Below are positions 39,155 through 53,465 of a stretch of 64,000 bases of DNA, piece by piece (within the stretch, counting starts at the first letter, position 1; each line of letters starts with the position of its first letter). This DNA is from Phoronis australis (lineage: Eukaryota; Animalia; Phoronida): contig NMRA01000362.1 of assembly GCA_002633005.1 (NCBI GenBank), forward strand, positions 186,001 through 250,000, in the 5' to 3' direction. The notes under the pieces are model-generated. The model saw only the letters and a program-made list of their open reading frames with translations. It was not told the DNA's origin and ran no database searches. The position numbers and the translations under genes were made by a program.

Positions 39155-42100
39155 ATGCACCTTCAACCAATGGTAAGTTATTGGTTTATAATATTGGTAC
39201 TTGAAGCTGCATTATGCTTGATGTTATCTGTAACGCGCTAGTTACAATTTTCACATTGATAGGGGGGGTTTCGATGAACATGCACGTGCTGAACAGTCAG
39301 CCTGTAAAAGATAAATTTGATGCAAGAAGTAACGGTACATGTATGACAGTACGCACCACAAGAGAAACTCTACAAAGAGACATCGCATCGCCAACTATCT
39401 TTAACATGACCGAGGACTGCCTTGTAAGACAGTTAATGGGTAGCGCTTGCAAAAGCTGGTTTGTTCATGTGCACGCTAGTTGTCTTCTGCGTTTCCAAAG
39501 TTGATGGTGGCACGTGCCAAACCTTTCCCCGAAGGAAAACTCAGCTATCCGATATACCAAGACAACGGGATTTCGATCAATAACAGAGTGGTGATGATCC
39601 TCTGGAAACGGAAATGACGTACAAATCTATTTAGGCTCTATGGTACTGAACTCCCATTACAGGAACGGATGGTCTATCTAGACGTATTTCTCCGCCACCA
39701 CCTTACTTGGACATCTTATGTGGTGAACAAAATCCCCGAGGTCGGGTGAGCTAGATGAGATGTTCCCTAGTGGTCGGGGGATTTTGGGACCTCTCATTAA
39801 AGAATGTGCACAGCGTGTAACCTGGTGCTAACATATTGATGTTAGTTTATACTGCATTCACATGGATAACATTTCTCGAATAGACTACTATCAGATTAGA
39901 ACTATCCCAAATTCAGTGTTCATGGCCTTGCAGAAGGTGGCAAACAAGTTTAGATATTGCTGGAAATTCCAACAATATTCAGACTGAATTTTTCACCATC
40001 AAATGACCAGGCTGCTCGCGTAGCTAGAGAACATGAGCCTGTCCTTGGTAACATGGAGCTCTTTATTCTTTCAGAGAGTCAAACACATTTGAAGGTCTGA
40101 CAAAAACCAAAACCAAATCACGTCGTACATGTATCAGGGCTTGTCACCTGAAAAACTACTGCTGTCTACTGATTCACTAAACAGCTGTCGACTTTCTTGT
40201 ACCACAGCCCTGTCTCGCACATGAGCTGAAAAGCGTGGCTGAAATCGTGTGCGTTCAAATTTTCTGCATCTGCCTGTGCAGTAGTAAAAGCTGCACTTGC
40301 AAATATCTCAAGGCTCTTTTGAGCCACAAGGTTCTAGGAGAGTCTTATGCAAAGAAAAACTGGAATCGAGTGTGTTCATATTTTCTGGTGCTGCTTGTAG
40401 TAAAAGCTCCCATTGCAAATTTGAAGGCTCTTTTGAGCCACAAGGAGACTCTTATGCTTGGCATATTTGGCGGTTGATTCAGGTAATTTGCTGGGTTTGT
40501 AACTTACAGTAGCTCTGCATCAAAACATTTCAGACAACAACTCATCCCCAAACTGCGCTAAAAGCGTAATGGACGGCGGGAGTATTCGTTCATATGCCCT
40601 GTCCACCAAAGAATTCGCTCTCTACTACCCAATGGGAACCTAACCCAACTGGTATAAATCACCAAATCGTAAGGTTTAATAACCTCTCCAACATGCTTCG
40701 AAAATAGGGCCAATTGGAAGACGACGACCATCGGTAAGCCCTCGCTGAGGGATCCACATGCTTTGGTTACGGGATACATTATGACTTTAAGCACTTGGCT
40801 TTAATAATTCAACTGAAGACAGTGAATCAATATTAATTTATTGGTTGATTGCCTTTTCTTACTTCCAGGCTCATGACGCAAATGTAGAGATTCAGCGTCG
40901 ACAACAGTACACAATGGCGGCGCTCACGTATGCTTTTAAGCCAATCATTTCGTGGTTTGTGCAAAGTGGTCCCTTCGCGGCAACAACCACCAAAGCGCTA
41001 CACGTAAGACAATTGTGTGCAATGATGTCAGACAGACGTCTGGTTGCCATTTTAGTACAATATACATGTACATATTGCTTTGGCCTATTACTTATGGTAG
41101 GTGACGGTAGCGAATTACCAGCTAGTGTCGGGTCTAGATCTAGATCTTCGGGGAGTTCTGGTGTCAAGACACCCCTTAAATGGACATGAACCAGCACCGG
41201 TACGTCATCTTTTATTTAGAACAGCTTGGGTATGTTCGTATCCTCGAAGTTTCCACTGGAGGTGAGCGTTATCTGCGCTTGGGCCAACATCAATCATATG
41301 GCGAATCATTCCTTTTGAACGTTGCGTGACGTACTGTATCTGAAATAATCACATGCCCAGATAACGTTCACCTCCAAGGGTAATTTGAGGCTACTGATCT
41401 TTGTTTAGGACTATTGTGCATGACAATCCATAGGCGGTACATCGCCACACATCCTTAGAAAATCAGACGTGAAAAAAGCTTGACTTATTCTTACTAGGTT
41501 TCATCCTCCACCTCCGCTGTGAATAGTGATGTTCCGGGGTGCAACGTGAGATGTCGCCAGAAGTCTTCCGGCTATCACCAAAAGCAAAAACACCATCATA
41601 CGCCATCAGTAGACGACGGTTTCGTTGACTCAAACTGGAGGACAGTTGAGTTTTGTGAGCTCCCGGAATGGTTACAAGACAACCATTTCTTACTCTCGGG
41701 TCACCGACCACAGTTGTCGTTCAAAGAAACACTGAAATCCTTATTCCGCATACATTCGGAAACTGTAAATATATGGACACATTTTGGAGGTATGATGGAA
41801 GTGATTCGAATTGTAACACCAGTGTTCAAGAGACATTTCCTTTTAAGTTACGATTTAGATATAGAAGTCATGCATGCGGGTGAATGCTATAAATCAATAC
41901 GTTAGTCTCTTAATTACTATGAAATACGAACTGCTTTCTACTGTTAACAATAATTAGTATTTTACCTGCAATCTAATTGGGAATTTCTTTCAATGGTAAT
42001 GTAGAAATGATCGGGGATATATTTTGTGTGGCCGAAAGGCGTGATCTGTATGCGTTGAGTTAAAGGGAAATGTCAATAAAATATTACTTTAATATTCACT

Positions 42101-45100
42101 AACGGTGCTGATGAAAGAAGGTTCTTTTATAGTCAGATATTCATCTGTTAGTCGCCGTTTACGGGATATCAGTCCCATGTTGAAGTTTAAAGCATGGATT
42201 TGGTTCACAAGCGCCACCTATGTGTACCTTTATGTGAACTGGGCAATTGTGGTTCGTAACTTTGAATCGTCAAGTGCATGGTGCTCGCATGCCTTGTTTA
42301 TTGAACTGAATTTAAACACAATTGTTTGATGCTTTTAGCATCTCTTGTACGACACTGTTTCGAAGTAGGCCTAAGTGGCTGGCAAGGTGTCGCTGATTTG
42401 CTGATTCAAAAATTCTTGTCGCAACTCGCGGTATATCCCACGGGTATTTTTGTTTCTCTGAGGCGGACTTTTTTGTCTACCTCGCCAAATTGGAGGGCTC
42501 GTTCGACCATAATGTAGTCGAGTGTACAATCACGCATGCATGTACTTATTTTGATTTCATACTCGAGTTGCAACATTAATAAAGACAACGAGATTTTTCA
42601 ACTTCAACATGTTTCGATGTCTCAAACATCGTCATGAAGCACTCACGGCCATCTAACACTCTTGACCCACATGTAGTTGGGCTTGGTTGATTGTTCTGAT
42701 GATGATGTTCGAGACACTGAAATATGTTTAAGTTGAAAAATCTCGTTGTTTAATAAAATATTGTCATTTAGTTGTATTCGTTGAGATACTAAAGTTGTAT
42801 TATTTGTAAAATTTATGTTTAGTTCCAATTTGAATTTGCAGATTAGTCTCCGCACCTTGAGATTGCCATATTTTAGGTAGAATTTTTATAAATTGCAGCT
42901 AATTATAGACGACCACTGAAGCGAAATTGATACAGCGCATCTCATTAACGCTAGTTATCGATTTGCGTATCAATCATTTTGTAGGATTCTTCGTGTATCT
43001 GGTTGTCCTCATTCACTTTCTACTAGACGTTTCTGGGATCACGTGGTCGGACAAAAAGTGGATATCGTTCTCTATGATTGGCTATTTGGCAACGTTGTTA
43101 TTCTCAGCAATGTTCCATTTGTTGCATTGCTATTCGCCCGCCTTCTTCAGGTGGTGCATAAGGTAAGGCTTCTCGTTGATAACAGTGCCTGGCGTCGACT
43201 AATTATGTTTCTCTAATATTCCATCAGAGGGAATTGGAGTTGTAGACCACTAAGTTTACTCTCAACACGACCGGAAAGTTGACCAATCACGTCGCGTCAC
43301 ATTTAAAAAACCGCTCGAAGCGTGTCACGCGATTGGTCAAATTCGAGTCGTGGTGAGGCTGATGTCGTGGAAGTCTCAAGAGATTTGAACAAGAAATGAA
43401 AATTCGTGATAGCACAGAATTCAAGTCATTTCTGTTGTTTATAGTAAATTTAAACAATAGAATAATACGTCTGAATGATTAACCCTCGCATGACGTAATT
43501 ATCAGACGGTGAACAACAAAACACTAAATATTTGTTCGATTATATATTTGATGACTTACCTTGCGTTTACCATACACATATTGTTTCTTTATTCAGAGTT
43601 CACTCGAGCTTGTGAATCGTCCCGCAAATGATTCTGATGGCATGTACACGTATTTTTTCGACTACAAATTCTCACCAAGACAATATTCAAATTTTAGATT
43701 CGACTACATTGGCATCCACGTGGCCAGTATCTGCCTTTGTATGTCTTGGATGCACTACACGTTTCAATGTCAGCAGCATATTGAGCTAATGTACGTGACT
43801 GCCGTGTGGCTAGCGGCGCCATTTTGTACCGCCGTTGGACTTTTCGAAAGATTCGCCCATCCGGAGCTTAGGTCACTCAGAGCAGGTATGGATCAGTCCA
43901 AATTCATAATAACACATACATTAAAACAAAACTTAACCAGGGTCGTTTCAATTTGGTAGCTATATTTGACCTGGGTGCACAGCCTTTCTGCCGTCCGGCT
44001 TACATGAACATTGTAAGACACGTGGACGGGCGGGTCAAGGCTTCTTTCTGGTGTTTTTGACCAATCACAAGTGAAAAGAACTCAAATCTGCCCTGGAGAG
44101 TGAGCCTTGTGTTTCATATGCTACAACGACGTTTGCTTCTAAAGCCTTCTTTGAGCGGATCGTTGATATTTTAGAAGTTTTGGGCTACCCAGGTAGTCCT
44201 TGTAATACTAGGAGGTGAAGAACAGTGACGTGTACGTGGCACATGCCTGCCTCCACTACCAACCCAGAGCATTTCATCCATTATCTGTTTAAAATACTGA
44301 TTTTCAGTCTAGCCACGAAAAAATATGCATTTAAAAACAAAGTTGGCCAGAGGCGTGATTTCACGTACATGTACACGAAAATAATGCTCATACGTTTACT
44401 GTCACGTGTTGTCCTTTTTGATTTTAAATCAATTTTGTCTGAAAAGTATATAGAATTTATCCGGCTAGTTCCTAAAGCCGTAAAATGATTGGTCCTAGCC
44501 TTGTATTTTCTGACCATATCAATGGTCCCAACAACGATTAAACTACCGAAAGCCATTGTGATTTTCTCACTCAAATGTGCATCAGTTTAAGAGACTTTAA
44601 ACCCGCGTTCCGTCGAAGAAATTTTTTTAATCAGACGACTTAGGACTGTAAAAATGGTCTCACTTTGTTGCTTCTGATAAAGAATGATTTATGACCATGT
44701 GAAGAACTGACGGTTTAGTAGTAATGAAACCCGGTTCGATACATAAGGTGACGCGCCTTCATTTGACAACACAGCATTTAGAACTTGATCTCAAAATAGA
44801 AAAGGATTTTTTGTTCTTTCCAAGCCCAAAAACTGCCTCAGTCCCAGTAGGGAGCAAGTTAAGGAGCATTACCTGCGAGAAAAGTGAAATTCTATGATCA
44901 ACCTCGCACGGAATCAAACTTGCGACACCCTCGCAGGATAACGCTGTGCTGGCGGAGCTACATGTACATGTAAATACCATTACGCGATTGACTGGCTGAC
45001 AATGGCGAGAATTGGCGATTTGTAATGAAAGCACAAAGACTCAGCTGATTTAATTAGTTGTTTTATAGCTCTGGACGCACTTAATTTTTAAAGTTTATTC

Positions 45101-47460
45101 CTTCCAACGGTAATCCCAGAAATACGATTTTTTGCCGGATTTAGAGCTGTAAGTGTCCTAAATCAATAGCTAGGTTTTCGCGGCGGAACGCGGGTTCATT
45201 TTCGTGAGACCTGAAGTTGGCTTATGGCACTCTCTCGCGTCAGCAAGAGAACCCGAAATAAGCAATTATAATGGCTGAAAGACACGTGACATTCAGAATG
45301 CTCAAACGTTTTTTGAGTTTTTTAATTTTATCGAGAACTCCATGCATATATTGTAGGAAAAAACGGCATCCACATTGTAGAACGTTGTTGTTTTTGATTT
45401 GCAAGTACCGTTTCGCTGTCAGGTTCTAATGCTTTAATAATTAAAAGAAATTCGATTTCTCATGTTGGACAGCCTCAGAGAAAAACTAATAGGAATCATT
45501 ATTTCCTTGACAGCCTGGACATCCAATATCATTTACGTAATAACTTGGGCAGCAAGTCTCACTGTGTCAACTACTTGTTTACAGAGAGGTTACATGTCTA
45601 GCGTTAGGCCTACATTTTATTTCTTGGCATAGCATTGACATGTATTCCATTACAGCAGTTTATTGCAAGACAGGGTAAAATGTCGGCTGTCAAAAATGAA
45701 GAAATTCCGTGAAGTTTCGGAAGCCTTCGCTATTGTCCATTTAGTCCTGGTTGAAATCGCGTGACAGAAAACCCCCAGACAGTTTGATTCTGTAACAAAG
45801 AAAGGGAATTTCAAATTTCTTGAGAAAAAGCATCTCATAAGAATTATCAGGGGAGTTCAGGTAAAAATCGCAATTACCTGTACTCAGACCTGATGGTGAA
45901 TTAGGTTAATAAAGCAGAACGTTCTAGTTCATGATAAATTTCTTTGTGATTGCGGTTATCTTATTTATGAACTCTCTCTTTACGATGGCTTGATTTAAAA
46001 TCAGACTTCTGTTGAATCGCATTGACCATTGTCAACATATTTCTCCAACAGCCGCACTAGGAGCTTTAGGTGCTATCGGCCACATGGGTGCTATTCATTA
46101 CACAACGTGGTACGTGACCTTTGACCAGATGATGACTGAGGGTGTACACTTCGTCTACTTGGCCGCCATTACTATGTACATTGGCGGCTTCCTTTTCGCC
46201 GTGCAATTTCCGGAATGCTGCAAGCCGGGAAGGTTCGATATATGGGTACGTATTGTGTGTTGCGTTCCGTAGCGGATGCAAGAAACTTGGCAAATCGAAA
46301 AGTTTGGCAAGATATCAAAAACAAAATTTCATGGGAAAAAGAATGTTCACTGGTGAGTGCTTTGCATCTATGAAACGTTGCTCTGTTAAACTTACTGGCA
46401 TTTGTCGAATTTTGGTGAAGAAATCATGAAATTTTTACTTGACGCGGAGTAATTAGGTGTACCGAGATGATGCCTTGCACTTGGTGCACTGACGTGACCT
46501 TATTTGATATGGGATATGTTTGGTTTTCAACTTTCATCTAAGTACTGGGTCTCGTCTCCGCTCTGGAAGATATTGTATTACGGAATAACTGATTGTACCG
46601 AAGCTCACAACCAATACGCAATTGTAAAGCGTCTCTTCCTAATCTTTGGGTTAACCCAATAGTATGCCCAAGCTTTACACCGGAAAATTTTTACACTGTG
46701 CTATGATGTTCGTTTTGTGATCGGACTCAGAGGGCAAGCTGCATTCCTTTTGAGAAAATTACCCATGTATACGAGAATGTAAACGCCCTGATTCTCAAGA
46801 ACCTTACTGATTTACATTCCGCGACGGTTTCCCTAAACTGTATCAGAACTTTAAGATTTTGGTGGGCCTATTTCTGGAAAATCATGTTAACGATAACCGT
46901 CGTCGGTGATTCCCCTGTATAATGCCTAGGTCGATCTATTCGAAGTCAAAGCACTACGTTTCGAATCACTGGGACAAAAAAGCGAAAGCTGTGATATAAT
47001 CGTTGCCAAAAAGGCAATTTACAAGTGCAACATCAGTCCGGACATAAAATATTGAAATTGTTATGGTCGTATATACTCGTAACTTGACTCGAAAATTGGG
47101 CAATTGCAATTCACCCTTCGGTTAAACTTGCAAATTTGTACCTTAGCTATTTTTACTCAACCATTATCAGCAGCGTGATTGGTCAATTTGGCTTTTAAGA
47201 AAGACTCGTTTCGAATCTATTATCAGCCGAGTCATTCCACCTCCTTGGCCTGGCGTCATGCTTGGACTCACAAAAAAGAAGAACTCTTTAATGACGACTG
47301 TTTCGTTTTCTTCCAGGGATCCAGTCACCAACTGTTGCACGTTTGCGTTCTCTTTGCTGGGTACTTTCATTTTACGGGATTGAAGCAGATCGCCCTCTAC
47401 CGACTGTCTCGAGGATGCACATTCTTTGGAGAACAATTAGTTGTGACAGCACAATCGTAG
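39155..47460 (+). CDS. PAQR-family / adiponectin-receptor-like 7TM protein (CREST hydrolase superfamily), ~337 aa
   Basis: Exons: 39155-39172 (MHLQPM, start exon tentative), 41498-41789, 42985-43162, 43698-43885, 46052-46245 and 47317-47460, all phase-compatible. Motifs: LPEWLQDNHFLLSGHRP, SETVNIWTH, SAMFH, FDYIGI, FPECCKPGRFDIWGSSHQLLH. AATAAA at 47513. Confidence 0.92.
41242..41390. mobile_element. MITE-like palindromic element in a PAQR intron
   Basis: CCTCGAAGTTTCCACTGGAGGTGAGCGTTATCTG pairs with CAGATAACGTTCACCTCCAAGGGTAATTTGAGG, with TA just outside both ends. Confidence 0.65.
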
Positions 47461-49969
47461 TGTATCTGTTGTAAAAATTAGTTTAGCAGTGAAAGAAAAG
47501 TTCTCACATTGAAATAAAGTGTGGACACCAATACCGACATCTGATCATCTAAACACACCAAGGGATAGTAACTGGCACATTCACCACACAATTTTTGAAA
47601 TATTCTACTCCCTGAGGATGGCCGGAGAAATGGTCCGCAGAAACGACGTGCCGATGTAAATAGGCTCGGAACTGTTGTAATTAGGCCAGTACATTTTAAA
47701 AATGACGTTACTAAATTACCATTTCAAAGCCCTTTCAGGACGTCAAGCTCGGTGTGTCAATCCTCGACACGCACTGACGTGTTCGGTAACCGACAACGAT
47801 CTTCAAAAGGTACACTACCTTTGGAGACGTAGTGAAGATCATTATCGGACATGGGTTGCCTTTTTAATGTGACAATATACACTGTAGCGACATTGACCAA
47901 GGGTCCTTTAAATCACCAGCACAAGATATACATGTACAGCGTACATGTAAACATTGCCTTGCAGTAGCACGGTATACTTTAAAGTGCATGTATTATGGCC
48001 GATATCTTGTCTTGAAGCACCCTACATCCTCAGTCAAAAGAGAGACCTTCCCTCTATATATACCCAAACGACTTGTACACTAGTGTTGATGAATATCTGA
48101 ATATTCAGAAACAGCACTAGAGATTGACCACTTCTCCGTCAGCGTTTGTAAACAGAATTCGTTGTTAAAAGGCACGCACACAGTCTTTTAACAAGGTTTG
48201 AATTCGAATTCGAAAACGGCGCACGTACGCAATGTCTGTAATTTCTTTTCGTTCACTCGAATCGGAACTCCACCCAAGGTGACACATTTCGTTTTTCAGG
48301 CGGTATGTTTGTTTGTATTTTGTCACTTAGCGGATTTCCGTACATCTTCGGAACATGATTTTTGTACTTGGTCACAATATCTTCATGTTTATTACGTCTT
48401 CAGTAAACATAATTAATCAAATTTACTCTCGGTCTTCTTGTACTAGGAAATGGCTTCATACCACCCCATACATGAATACAGATGTAAACGAAAGTACAAA
48501 TACACTGTTACTTAGTTCACGTTAGGGTTTTATACTGATCGAAATATTGCCTTAAAATTTCAAAAACCTAATTGATTACGTCCAACTGTATAACATTCTT
48601 TGAAAGCATGTACACCTGTATTATTTGGGAAGCAAATGTTTGAATAAACTATAAAAAGCGGATGCACATACAAGAACTAATCACGTACAGTTTTGCCACG
48701 TATTGTTTCTCAGGAATAGATCACATAAAACGCGTTTTGTTACAGCTTATAAAATATTGAAAACTGGTTTTATCAATACATTTAGCATTCAACTTAGTGC
48801 ACATGTTCAAACCTAGACTGTGAGATTCGTTTGAACGAGGGAATACACGCTGTTATGAAAGCCCATTCCGTTGTAATCTATTTACAAGCAGTGACTTATA
48901 GCGTCTGTTGAACTGGCGTTTGGTCGTTTTTTATTATCTTGAGGTATGATGTAGGAAACTCCAGTTGTTTCTGTTAGAAATTAAGACAACCCAGAAGATA
49001 TTGATGCGCCACATTCTTTTATCAAACCTAAGCCTCCTTACCGTATGTCACAGCAAGACACAACCCACTTTTAAATTCTTACGTACCAGCCACGGATACT
49101 TCCTCTTTAAAACTCTGTCCACTGTCCGTGCTTTCAAAAGTTTGGCCACTTTTACCAGTCATTGCTTAGATCATTTTCAGACATTTCAATTTCTACCGAA
49201 GAATTTCTACGTTGTGGCTAGAACCCAATAGTGGTCCTGAATTGTGGCGTGCGTTTGTCATTTGCGTTTGTTACAAGAATACTGGGCGTCAGCAGAAGAA
49301 ATTTAAGGTGTTGTGCTTTCTGATCTCAACTGCGTTTTTTCGGAAATGAGTCATTTGTGTCGGTTTTAGTACCATTTGCACACTATTAGCTTGTAAAATG
49401 ATTGTAATACCATAGGATGATTTTATAGGTGAAAGTATATCAAAAATTAATTACAGAATTGTTTATGGAGTCTTTGACCTAGTAAACTATTTTTATCTTC
49501 AGGTTTTAAACATCCTACACACTGTTGCAACTGACTCGACTGGGTTAATCAAGCCAAAAACTGTTAAGTGCCAGGCATGCCTTTTAAATGAATCAATGGT
49601 AGATCGACTATTCTCATTGGCTGATTTAAGTCAGCCATAAATAGTATTTGTGTCAGACATTAATGGTGGATATGTTATTACTGTCTAATATCAATAGAGT
49701 TATGGTTGACCTTAAAGTGCTTAAAACCACAGATTTCATATCGAAAAGCAACCCGATCTACTGACACATTTGTACCTCCGCAGACAACAGCTGATGATAT
49801 GTAAATTAGCTGTTTTCGAGTTATGGGTATTCATTGGCCGTTCTACATTACGTCAAAACGGGAGAACAAATAACAACGTTAGTCATCCTCCACTGTGTTG
49901 ACAGTGAAAAGTTGTCAGAGTGCTCCTAGCTCTCTCGTGATTCTTAGTAAAATAAAGATTTTTAACAGT

Positions 49970-51960
49970 GATATATATTTATTGAAGAATACACAGAACA
50001 TACAAGGAAATGGTGACAAACCCAGAAATCGCGAGGCATTATATCTGGGATGTAGACAGTACATAGATTAAAGTAGTATACATAGAACTGTATACATGTA
50101 AGTAGTATCTAATATAGAAATTCAAATATTTAGAAATGCTGCTACGAACATATTAAAAACAAAAATATGCACAAATATTTGTCAGTATAAATATTGATTA
50201 AGTAATTAGTAAGAATAGATCCAATTTAAGTTGCCCAAAATTTTTGCTTTTAAATCATGGGGTCAAACTTGTTGAAATGTATTTTAACGTCAAAATCTAT
50301 TTTTAGTTGGTGTATATTACTTTAGTTCTAGGGTCAAAGCACTCTAGAGGTTCTAGAAATTTCTGAGAGCAAATTGTAACAGCCGTGATTAGATAAGAAC
50401 ATGTGGTTTTTATTAGCCAATCGCTTAATAAGTAGAATATTGTAATATGGGCTAAAATTAGGAGAATATTCAGATGAGGTACAGTAGTTGAAACCAAAAG
50501 ACTTGCTACAGTGAACAGAGGAAATTTTACTACAGACTCATCTCGTGGAAGATTCAAAAGAGGATCTTGGCAAGCCAGGGGGGTCAAAGGTTAACGAACA
50601 GGAAGTTAACTAAGAGCTCCTCACTTGCATCGTGGATAGTAAGATACTGCCTATACGCGTTGCGTTAGGAGGGACTGTTACCAGCAAGAGGAATCGTGAG
50701 TAGAAGATACTGCCTGCAAGTAGTGTGTCACTAGAGACCGAGACAAGCAGTGTGTGTAGTTCGAAGATTCACCAACAGGACTGTCATCCAACAGGTGGAG
50801 AGTCCTACAGCTTGGATAGCAGATAAGACATTTGATTATTTTGGTCGATTGATTGAAGTAATCTTTAAAGAGGGCGCTAGCGTATTTACTCCTCTTTGTA
50901 GTTGATTACATTAATTAACAACAGGTTTTACTTGTCTAACTAGTGGTTATCGTGTAATAAATTAATGACTGGATTTGATCATTCTCTCTCCATTTACGCA
51001 CAATCTCAAATCATACCTACGTTTTAAACAAACCCATTCTCAGACAATATGGAAATCAGAGGCAGCAAGATTTACAAGCGATAACGAAAATTTTGTTAAC
51101 ATTGCTTAAGAGGAATTCGTTGAGAAAAAGGTCAAAGTTTTGACTACCATTTGATAATAATACAACTTAAGTAGGGATATTATTACAAGAATTGAGAGCA
51201 TTTTTAATTAATTGGTTTTCATTGAGTGCACGAAAGAGGGAGTTTCTCGGGTAATCGATGGGTGGACATTTGAAGAAAACATGAGGAATAAGATTGATTT
51301 TCATCACATTTGCAGTTTGGAAAGACATTACTAAAGTTGTCCCTAAGCATGTCGGAGTTGAGGAAAAGACTGCATCTCGATCGGTGCAATGCTATTTCGT
51401 TTTCGCGGGGAAGCGAGAATTGTGTCAGGGCTGTTGAGTTGTCAAAATTACGAAAAACAGTTCTAAAATTTTATGCTTGTAAAAGAGTTGTTTTCTTTAA
51501 CAGAGATTGGAAGAGAATTCCAGTTGTTGATGCACATCATAGCTGTAGACCTTCAGAATGCCTGACTGAACGATGGAGGAATTGCATATAGGGCGAAGGG
51601 TCTCAAAGCAGTACTGTGTCAAATATGTTTTGAGAGACGCGTTGTTGACATTGCTTAGTACTTTGAACGTAAATGTGGTCACGTGAAGATTGCGTCGAGT
51701 AGACAGTTTGAGCCACTTGAAACTATTCAAAACCTGAACACTATTGTATCCCCGGTAAGCTCCAGGTATGAGTAAGGTAGCTTGGTACTGTAATTTTTCC
51801 AAGTGCTGTAGTGCACCAGTGTTGAAAGACTGGTATATAATATCACAATAATCGATTAGTGGAAGTGTAAAGGATTTGAACAGAACTTCTAAATGTGTAG
51901 AAAGGATGTTCTTTTCGGAATTTTCGATGTTAACAAAAGTTCGTTCTTAAGCTTTTTAAA
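49970..51960 (-). mobile_element. 5'-truncated, decayed CR1/L2-type non-LTR retrotransposon (C-terminal end of the RT ORF plus 3' tail)
   Basis: Minus-strand translation LFKSFTLPLIDYCDIIYQ..LEKLQYQATLLIPGAYR..FKWLKLSTRRNLHVTTFTFKVL, with a downstream NNWNSLP, matches the post-RT region of CR1/L2 ORF2. An AATAAA plus short repeat tail lies near 49975-49985. Confidence 0.75.
50375..51030. mobile_element. Possible solo-LTR-like insertion nested in the LINE fragment
   Basis: Starts TGTAACA and ends near ..AAACA. It contains short internal direct repeats (AAGATACTGCCT x2) and an AATAAA at ~50956. No clean target-site duplication. Confidence 0.35.
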
Positions 51961-53465
51961 GACTTAAAAGTCTTCAAGTGCTTTTACCACCATTTACCTT
52001 GTTTTGACAAGTAACTTCATTGTCAGTATCCTTGAACCTTTCTTTATAGCACTGCATATCACAGCCGTGAATTCATTATCCCAAAAACGAAAAAGAAGAA
52101 ATTTGAATTTAATTGAAAGTTTCTTAGCTTCGAAGACATGAGTATGACGTATGAATGTACCCAGAGCCAGTGACGTCTTGTCCACCAATAGGCGGGTTTT
52201 TTGTACAAACTTGTGCCATGCCCGCACTTGTTTGATGTACTGCAGGAAAGTGAAGAGACCCACAAATTTCATGACTGTACATGACACAGCGCCACCTATA
52301 CTGGAAAGTGGCCCTGTGGCAACATGATGAACGACACATGGAATTCCGTGTGTCACATGCTTTGTCGGAAGTTTATCGATCACATCGCACACGCCTTCTA
52401 TGCACTGTACTGGTTAGGACTTATCTACGTATCGGGGTTCCCTTGATTTTGTTTACTTCGATCACAGACTACTCAAGTCAAAGGTGGTCACCACACTACG
52501 TAACAGTGAACTGAAAGGGATTTCGCAGACTTCAACCAAAGGGAATGACTGAATGTTATGACGTCGGTTTCATTAATTTTACCAGTAAGAAGCCATGATA
52601 ACCAACATCCACAGTTCTGCCTTTCGAGAAGCTGTTTTTGTGACGGAAGGTGGGCTTATAGTCGCTTCAACTTCAGGTGTGTTAGCCGTTTGCAGTATTG
52701 GTGACGGCGAAACTGGTGACGATAACCAAAATGGGGAAGGCAACAATATGGGCGAGAAGTGCTCGGTGAGAACGTGGATCATCTCCCTGTTAGGGTAAGC
52801 TTTTTGTGTCATAAGGTATGACTAATGCCTGGTCCACTTAATGTTGTAAGAGTCCCAATCGTTTGCTCGTTGTTGAATACCATTAATCACCTGTTGTCAC
52901 CTATGTTGTTGTGCTGCAAAGTGTCCCTGTACTAGCAGACAACTGAACAATGCCTATTACACAACGTCTGCGACAACCTGCGCTAATGCTACGATTGCGA
53001 CCTATGCATTATGTAGACCTTCAAAGGTCACGCCACATGCGGACTTGCTGTACTGGGGACATCGTGTATTTACCGGAATCATCTTTTGCCAGGGGATTGC
53101 AACGAGCTATGTTGCTGTTTAAAACAAGATGTGGGTTGCCGAATAATGTCATATATTATGACGTAAGTCCAAAGGTAATAAAACACGACTCTGCAAGACA
53201 GGCAAAGGAAAAACAACCATTTAAGGTATTTATTTACACGAGTAAACTTGCCACAAACTTACTTAAAGTAATGGCAACTTTTGTTTCGCCCAATCAGAAG
53301 TGTAGCGGTATCTCTGTAAGAGCGGATAAAATTCGAGCGACTTCGCGCTACAAGGTGTTTGGGTATTTACTAAATTTGGTCATCTTTGGTCCCTCGCGTC
53401 ATGCAAAAAAGATCCGCTTGATTTCTTTCGCTCTCTTACCGTTTCAAACTAATTGAACGTTACAG

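Noticed and set aside
40255-40460. ~120-bp degenerate tandem duplication, and a 24-bp x2 repeat at 26666-26713
   Set aside because: Ordinary intronic slippage duplications with no further structure.
40600-40800. tRNA gene or tRNA-derived SINE on the - strand
   Set aside because: Only weak A/B-box-like words with wrong spacing and no cloverleaf.
52595-52798. Coding first exon for EcKL
   Set aside because: The donor at 52795 gives no ATG-initiated frame in phase with the ATG at 53466; at most it is a 5' UTR exon.
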